DNA of 32,000 bases from Alkanindiges sp. WGS2144 (GTDB lineage Bacteria; Pseudomonadota; Gammaproteobacteria; Pseudomonadales; Moraxellaceae): NCBI RefSeq assembly GCF_043950625.1, contig NZ_CP171007.1. One strand, written 5' to 3'. The notes beneath the pieces are model-generated. The model searched no databases and was not told the DNA's origin. It saw only the letters and a list, made by a program, of their open reading frames with translations. Positions 27,404 through 32,000 of the stretch are shown one piece after another. The position numbers and the translations under genes were made by a program. Within the stretch, counting starts at the first letter, position 1. Each line of letters opens with the position of its first letter.

Positions 27404-27681
27404 TCATTAACTGGTTAAATACTGCCCTGCAAATCAGCATTGCTGCTGTTAGTTTTGCCACAGCCCTATGTGTCTGGCGTCTGCTGATTGGCCCATCAGT
27501 AGTAGACCGGCTATTGGCACTGGACACCCTGTTCTTAAATACCACGGCGCTTATTATTATTTTGGGTCTGTACTGGCACAGTTTTGTGTATTTTGAAGCG
27601 GCACTACTGGTTGCCATGCTGGGTTTCATCTCTACCACTGCACTGTCACGCTATTTTACCACTGGCCATTTAATTGATTAG
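27400..27681 (+). CDS. mrpF: Na+/H+ antiporter subunit MrpF
   Basis: A 93-aa ORF with ATGA overlap to mrpE. It has three hydrophobic segments and the MnhF-typical RLLIGPSVVDRLLALDTL. Confidence 0.85.
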   Translation: MIINWLNTALQISIAAVSFATALCVWRLLIGPSVVDRLLALDTLFLNTTALIIILGLYWHSFVYFEAALLVAMLGFISTTALSRYFTTGHLID

Positions 27682-27693
27682 GATGTATGGCGC

Positions 27694-28068
27694 ATGAATC
27701 TGTTTCTTGAAGGTCTGGCAATTGTTTTTCTGCTTATTTCCTCTGCTTTTTTAGTAGTAGGTTCCATCGGACTAGTCCGTCTGCCTGACCTGTTTATGCG
27801 ACTGCATGCACCTACCAAATCTTCCACGCTAGGCCTGGGCGGCGTATTACTGGCATCCATCACCTTGTCCATCACTTTTGGACGCTTTGGCATGGCCGAG
27901 ATATTAATCACCTTACTGGCTTTTATTACCGCGCCCGTATCAGCCAATCTTATGGCACAGGCTGCAATCCACTTAAACCTGCGTTCGCAAAGTGGTGAAG
28001 TACCAGAGGCGATTAACCGCCCCCTGCCCTGGCAGCGCCCGCGGGAAAATATTAAGAATGATAGCTAA
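27694..28068 (+). CDS. mrpG: Na+/H+ antiporter subunit MrpG
   Basis: A 124-aa ORF with MnhG-typical GSIGLVRLPDLFMRLHAPTKSSTLG and FITAPVSANLMAQAA. It is the last gene of the operon. Confidence 0.87.
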   Translation: MNLFLEGLAIVFLLISSAFLVVGSIGLVRLPDLFMRLHAPTKSSTLGLGGVLLASITLSITFGRFGMAEILITLLAFITAPVSANLMAQAAIHLNLRSQSGEVPEAINRPLPWQRPRENIKNDS

Positions 28069-28276
28069 GCGAATTTCCAAAATTAAGCCAATTAATCAAT
28101 AACAAAAAATAACATGTATCGTGTAATTTTTCGCCACTCGTCGGAAAGTGACGTATATTGGTAGTTTTTTATCCAAATTTTCTACATTATTTAATATTCC
28201 AGCTTATTATTTGAGCACCAAACAGGCTCCAGTTGAAGGTAGCCAGAATAATCGTAATAAAATGAGGATAAGCACG

Positions 28277-29236
28277 ATGCTTAAAACCACCTTGATCAAA
28301 GGTATTGCTGCGTTTGCGCTAATAAGCAGTAGCTCTGCCTTTGCTGTCCTGCAAACCACCCCAACCAACACCAAAGCCACTTATGCCAAAACCAAGTATC
28401 CCATCGTATTAAATCATGGCATGTTTGGTTTTACCCGTCTGGGTACCCCAGAATTTGGCATGGATTACTTTTATCGCGTCATGCCTGACCTGGCCAGTAA
28501 TGGTGCGACTGTCTACGCCACTCAAGTATCACCACTGAACAGCACTGAAGTCCGTGGTGAGCAACTTGTTGCACAAATTGAAGAAGTACTGGCCATTACA
28601 GGTGCAGATAAAGTAAACCTCATTGGTCATAGCCATGGAGGCCCTACCACTCGCTACGCAGCAGGTGTGATTCCCAATAAAGTCGCTTCAGTGACCACCA
28701 TTGCGGGCGTAAACAAAGGCTCCAAAGTAGCTGACTTTATTTTGTCTACCGGCATTGGGGCACCTGTTATTTCCAAATTTGTAGAAGCAACGCTAGCACC
28801 GGTCATGGACTGGGCACAAGGAAAGCCTGATTTACCAACCGATATGATGGCATCTTTAAAAAGCCTGAGCACTGCCGGTTCCCTTGAGTTTAACCAGCGC
28901 TTTCCTGCTGGCGTACCAATCAGTGCCTGTGGCAATGGTACAGCCATAACCAATGGTATTTATAACTATTCCTGGAGCGGCAACCGCACAGTAACCAACC
29001 TGCTTGATCCTGACACCATTATCATGGGCATTGCCTCACTGGCGTTTGGCACAACACCAAGTGATGGACTGGTAGGTACCTGTAGTTCGCACTTTGGTCA
29101 GGTGATCAGGGATAACTACGCCCACAACCACTTAGACGAAGTCAACATGATTATGGGTCTACGCGGCTTATTGAGTCCTGATCCGGTTGCCTTGTTCCGT
29201 CAACATGCCAATCGTCTAAAAAATAATGGCCTGTAA
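28277..29236 (+). CDS. lipA: Secreted triacylglycerol lipase, bacterial family I.1/I.2 (Lif-dependent)
   Basis: Start moved from ORF-track GTG 28148 to ATG 28277 (GAGGA 8 nt upstream); ATG 28262 is an alternative. A signal peptide is present (MLKTTLIKGIAAFALISSSSAFA). Lipase features: YPIVLNHGMFGF (oxyanion region), the nucleophile elbow NLIGHSHGG, DGLVGTCSSHFG (Asp) and NHLDEVN (His), as in Pseudomonas/Acinetobacter LipA. Confidence 0.9.
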   Translation: MLKTTLIKGIAAFALISSSSAFAVLQTTPTNTKATYAKTKYPIVLNHGMFGFTRLGTPEFGMDYFYRVMPDLASNGATVYATQVSPLNSTEVRGEQLVAQIEEVLAITGADKVNLIGHSHGGPTTRYAAGVIPNKVASVTTIAGVNKGSKVADFILSTGIGAPVISKFVEATLAPVMDWAQGKPDLPTDMMASLKSLSTAGSLEFNQRFPAGVPISACGNGTAITNGIYNYSWSGNRTVTNLLDPDTIIMGIASLAFGTTPSDGLVGTCSSHFGQVIRDNYAHNHLDEVNMIMGLRGLLSPDPVALFRQHANRLKNNGL

Positions 29237-29251
29237 TACTTTCTAACCTTG

Positions 29252-29278
29252 CGGATACTTGCATCCAGCAGGTATCCG
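29252..29278 (+). promoter_or_regulatory. Intercistronic hairpin between lipA and the chaperone gene
   Basis: CGGATAC (29252..29258) pairs with GTATCCG (29272..29278): a 7-bp stem with a 13-nt loop and no clean U-tract. A TATAAT hexamer follows at about 29288..29293. It could attenuate transcription, stabilise mRNA or set the lipase:chaperone ratio. Confidence 0.4.
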
Positions 29279-29314
29279 TCATTTATCTATAATCACGTTT
29301 AATTTTTCTAATCC

Positions 29315-30361
29315 ATGCATAAAAAACAGGTTTTGACCATTGGGCTGCTAAGCTTAGTCATTGTATTGGGTATTGGCCTATTGTTATGGCTAAAGCCTGC
29401 TGACTCTACCCCGGATTCTACTGCCCTCCAAGTCAGTCACTCATCAGACATGATGTCGCCAATAGAGAATACTGACGCGCCTATTGCACCCTCCAGTACG
29501 GCACCTCTCACGCTGGATGGCTCTCTGGCAACTTCCCTGCAAGGCACTGAAATTGATTGTGCCATACAGGCAGATGCTTCAGGAAAATTGGTGCTAAACA
29601 TCAATGTGAAACGCTGTTTCGAATATTTTTTAAGCCAGCTTGGTGAAAAACCACTCAATGTGATTGACCAGCAAGTACAGCAACACTTAAACCAGATTCT
29701 GGCACCTACGGCCGCGCAGCAAGCCATGGATTTATGGCAACGCTATCTCAAATACCGTGAAGCCGAAAGCAAAATTAACGTCAATAGCTCAACCAGCGAC
29801 CCTGATCATTTACAACAGGTATTTAATGCCTTAAATCATTTACGACAGCAATATTTTGATGCCACTGAAATGACAGCCTTGTTTGGCGATGAAATGACCT
29901 ACAATCAATATACTATTGATCGCGTTAATATCATGCAAAACAAAAGCCTAAGTGCCAACGAAAAAGCCCAGCAACTCAAGCAGCGCTTTGCCCAATTGCC
30001 GCCTGACCTGCAAAAAAATCTGTCCGATATGAGCAAACTACAAGATTTGCGTGAACTTACCCAGCAAATTAAGCAACATCATGGTAGCAAGGCAGAATTA
30101 CGCCAGATGCGTGAACAGCTGGTCGGAGCAGCCGCCGCTGATCGCCTGGAACAACTGGATCAACGCCGCGAGAACTGGCAAACCCGCATCAATGACTACC
30201 TCTCCCAGCGTGATGCCATACTTAACAGCACTCAAGCCGATCAGGATAAGAAGGCAGCGATTGATGCCCTAAGAAACCGGCAATTTGCCAGCGAAGCCGA
30301 GCGCCAACGTGCCATCAGTTTTGAGCATTTTAAAGATCAGAACCTTCAGGCTCCCCAATAA
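29315..30361 (+). CDS. lifO: Lipase-specific foldase / lipase secretion chaperone (Lif)
   Basis: A 348-aa ORF with an N-terminal membrane anchor (LTIGLLSLVIVLGIGLLLWL). The conserved Lif motif RxxFDY(F/W)L(S/T)xxGE appears here as KRCFEYFLSQLGE. A long helical Q/E/R-rich body follows. The gene lies immediately downstream of the lipase gene. Confidence 0.88.
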   Translation: MHKKQVLTIGLLSLVIVLGIGLLLWLKPADSTPDSTALQVSHSSDMMSPIENTDAPIAPSSTAPLTLDGSLATSLQGTEIDCAIQADASGKLVLNINVKRCFEYFLSQLGEKPLNVIDQQVQQHLNQILAPTAAQQAMDLWQRYLKYREAESKINVNSSTSDPDHLQQVFNALNHLRQQYFDATEMTALFGDEMTYNQYTIDRVNIMQNKSLSANEKAQQLKQRFAQLPPDLQKNLSDMSKLQDLRELTQQIKQHHGSKAELRQMREQLVGAAAADRLEQLDQRRENWQTRINDYLSQRDAILNSTQADQDKKAAIDALRNRQFASEAERQRAISFEHFKDQNLQAPQ

Positions 30362-30407
30362 ACTATCACTGCCTACCCTGATACTCTATGTCAACAACAT
30401 CACTCAT

Positions 30408-30435
30408 AAAAAAACGCACCAAAAGGTGCGTTTTT
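30408..30435. terminator. Bidirectional rho-independent terminator (lifO on plus, rplS on minus)
   Basis: AAAAAA-ACGCACC-AAAA-GGTGCGT-TTTT: a perfect 7-bp GC-rich stem (30414..30420 / 30425..30431) flanked by an A-run and a T-run, between convergent genes. Confidence 0.85.
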
Positions 30436-30451
30436 CCAGTCAGCTGGCTGC

Positions 30452-30832
30452 TTATTTAGCAGGCGCTGTCTTGCGTGCTGGCAGCTTCTCGCGGATACGT
30501 GCAGCCTTACCTGAACGCTCACGCAGATAGTACAGCTTGGCACGACGCACCGCACCGCGACGCTTCACTTCAATACCGGCAACAATCGGTGAATGCGTCT
30601 GGAATACACGCTCAACACCAACACCGCTAGAAATTTTACGTACAGTGAATGCAGAGTTCAAGCCGCGGTTTTTAATTGCAATGACCACGCCTTCAAATGC
30701 CTGTAAACGCTCACGCTCACCCTCTTTTACCTTAACCTGAACAACAACCGTGTCACCAGGTGCAAAAGCTGGGATATCAGATTTTAACTGGGCATTTTCT
30801 ACCGCTTGAACTAAAGGATGCTTGCCACTCAT
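30452..30832 (-). CDS. rplS: 50S ribosomal protein L19
   Basis: Start moved from the ORF-track 30886 to ATG 30832..30830 (AGGAG 8 nt upstream). The product [81 protein letters not shown]...[23 protein letters not shown] is collinear with E. coli L19. Confidence 0.95.
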   Translation of the reverse strand: MSGKHPLVQAVENAQLKSDIPAFAPGDTVVVQVKVKEGERERLQAFEGVVIAIKNRGLNSAFTVRKISSGVGVERVFQTHSPIVAGIEVKRRGAVRRAKLYYLRERSGKAARIREKLPARKTAPAK

Positions 30833-30985
30833 GGTGGATACTCCTGATGATGTGGTCAATCCTGATTGAAATACAGGCTGACACACTGGGGACAGAGGCT
30901 AAGGCGCATATCTCCCGTTTCTATTTACTCTTTAAAGTTAAAGAGCGCTTCATACTGGCCAAATCACTCGCTCAGGAAAAATCCT

Positions 30986-31720
30986 TTAAGAATGCTTCAG
31001 CCATTTCTTCTGTAGAGGGGTTAATACCACCCCATCCAGCAATTCTGGCCGGCGCTTTGCTGTACGCTGGTAGCGCTGTACAAACCGCCATTTTTCAATA
31101 TTCAGGTGGTGCCCGCTTTTAAGCACCTCAGGCACCGCTAAACCTTCAAACACCTCAGGCCGGGTATAATGTGGACAATCCAGTAAGCCATCCACAAAAG
31201 AATCCTGCTCAGCGGATTGATCATCAGACATCACATCCGGCAAGCGACGAATCAAACTATCCAGCATCACCATAGCGGGCAATTCGCCGCCAGTGAGCAC
31301 ATAATCGCCTATAGACCACTCCTGATCCACATAGCGTTCGATAATGCGCTCATCAATGCCTTCATAGCGTCCACACAGCACAATCAGGCCATCATGCTGA
31401 ACCAGCTGCTTAACGCCGGACTCAGTTAAGGTTTTGCCCTGCGGCGACATATACACGACCGGAACCTGCTGGCAGCCTGCCTCCACAGCCAAGCGTTTTG
31501 CATGGCAAATGGCCTGCGCCAGTGGCTCTGCCAGCATCACCATGCCGGGGCCACCCCCGAAAGGACGGTCATCAATCCGGCGATACGGGTCACTGGTAAA
31601 ATCACGTGGATTAATGCAGTGCAGCTTCACCTGCCCGCGCCCAATGGCACGGCCAGTAATTCCAAACTGGTTTAAGGCAGCAAACATTTCAGGGAACAGC
31701 GTAATGACCGCAAACCACAT
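30986..31720 (-). CDS. trmD: tRNA (guanine37-N1)-methyltransferase TrmD
   Basis: A 244-aa ORF with [40 protein letters not shown] and [24 protein letters not shown] precedes the ATG. It sits between rimM and rplS, as in the canonical operon. Confidence 0.95.
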   Translation of the reverse strand: MWFAVITLFPEMFAALNQFGITGRAIGRGQVKLHCINPRDFTSDPYRRIDDRPFGGGPGMVMLAEPLAQAICHAKRLAVEAGCQQVPVVYMSPQGKTLTESGVKQLVQHDGLIVLCGRYEGIDERIIERYVDQEWSIGDYVLTGGELPAMVMLDSLIRRLPDVMSDDQSAEQDSFVDGLLDCPHYTRPEVFEGLAVPEVLKSGHHLNIEKWRFVQRYQRTAKRRPELLDGVVLTPLQKKWLKHS

Positions 31721-31805
31721 TACTGTATTCCCTTAAGTACAAATACGTATTGTTTGAATAGCCGTTACCTGCAAGTCACATCCTGCTCGCCAAACAATAC
31801 CTACT

Positions 31806-32000
31806 TTAGTAATCAGCACCCCAATTCACAATGATTTGGCCTGCTTCCAGATTCACCTGCTGTACCACATCTGCATGCCAGGGAATCATACGTTCTTCAC
31901 CATCTATACTCTCTGGTGTAGCTCGCACCACCATCACATCATTGGCGCCGGTTTCAAACAACTCAGTAATTTTACCCAGATTAACCGGTTGACCTGCATC
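31806..32000 (-). CDS. rimM: Ribosome maturation factor RimM (partial; the N-terminus lies beyond the right window edge)
   Basis: Reverse translation of 32000..31806 gives DAGQPVNLGKITELFETGANDVMVVRATPESIDGEERMIPWHADVVQQVNLEAGQIIVNWGADY*, the PRC-barrel C-terminal domain pattern of RimM. It is upstream of trmD. It is not in the ORF track because it is open at the window edge. Confidence 0.88.
   Translation of the reverse strand, partial: DAGQPVNLGKITELFETGANDVMVVRATPESIDGEERMIPWHADVVQQVNLEAGQIIVNWGADY

Noticed and set aside
30928-30945. The perfect AT-rich palindrome CTCTTTAA-AG-TTAAAGAG in the 153-bp trmD-rplS spacer.
   Set aside because: The stem is AT-only and low in stability, no U-tract follows on either strand, and no second copy exists. 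It is not enough to call a terminator or an operator.
1-32000. A search by eye for tRNA/rRNA genes, CRISPR arrays, IS elements, integrases, transposases, phage genes and toxin-antitoxin pairs.
   Set aside because: None was found. Intergenic regions lack tRNA-like conserved arms and regularly spaced repeats. No ORF carries recombinase or transposase motifs. The window looks like core chromosome with at most small accessory insertions.

Overview
The window is mostly core chromosome of a gammaproteobacterium. Gene content and synteny look Moraxellaceae/Pseudomonadales-like (inference only), with moderate GC by eye.

Gene order, left to right:
- recC-recB on the minus strand. recB runs off the left edge and is missing from the ORF track.
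- A monocistronic DUF697-like gene.
- An ABC exporter (fused permease and ATPase).
- RNase Z (minus strand).
- Two tandem paralogous genes of unknown function.
- ubiE-ubiJ-ubiB.
- A LysE-family exporter.
- Fused hisIE.
- A divergent pair: DUF2750 gene and a compact DEAQD-type SF1 helicase.
- dusC.
- A six-gene group-2 Mrp cation/proton antiporter operon (mrpA/B fusion, then C, D, E, F, G).
- A secreted family-I lipase with its Lif chaperone.
- The 3' part of the rimM-trmD-rplS ribosomal operon (minus strand).

Several ORF-track starts (TTG/GTG/ATG extensions) were moved to internal starts, based on Shine-Dalgarno spacing and homologue or paralogue alignment.

I found no tRNA, rRNA, CRISPR array, IS, transposase or integrase, and no convincing multi-gene defence island or other clearly novel system.

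The observations most worth a second look are:
1. An in-frame tandem array of hairpin-forming ~36-nt units inside recB, between helicase motifs II and III. The two best copies differ by a compensatory stem change.
2. The tandem paralogue pair of unknown function directly upstream of the ubi operon.
3. The orphan compact UvrD-like helicase divergent from a DUF2750 gene.
4. Direct-repeat arrays in the long leaders of ubiE and mrpA.
5. Low-complexity or hydrophilic extensions on UbiE (N-terminal) and MrpD (C-terminal).

Everything rests on reading the sequence and on remembered family motifs. No searches were run.
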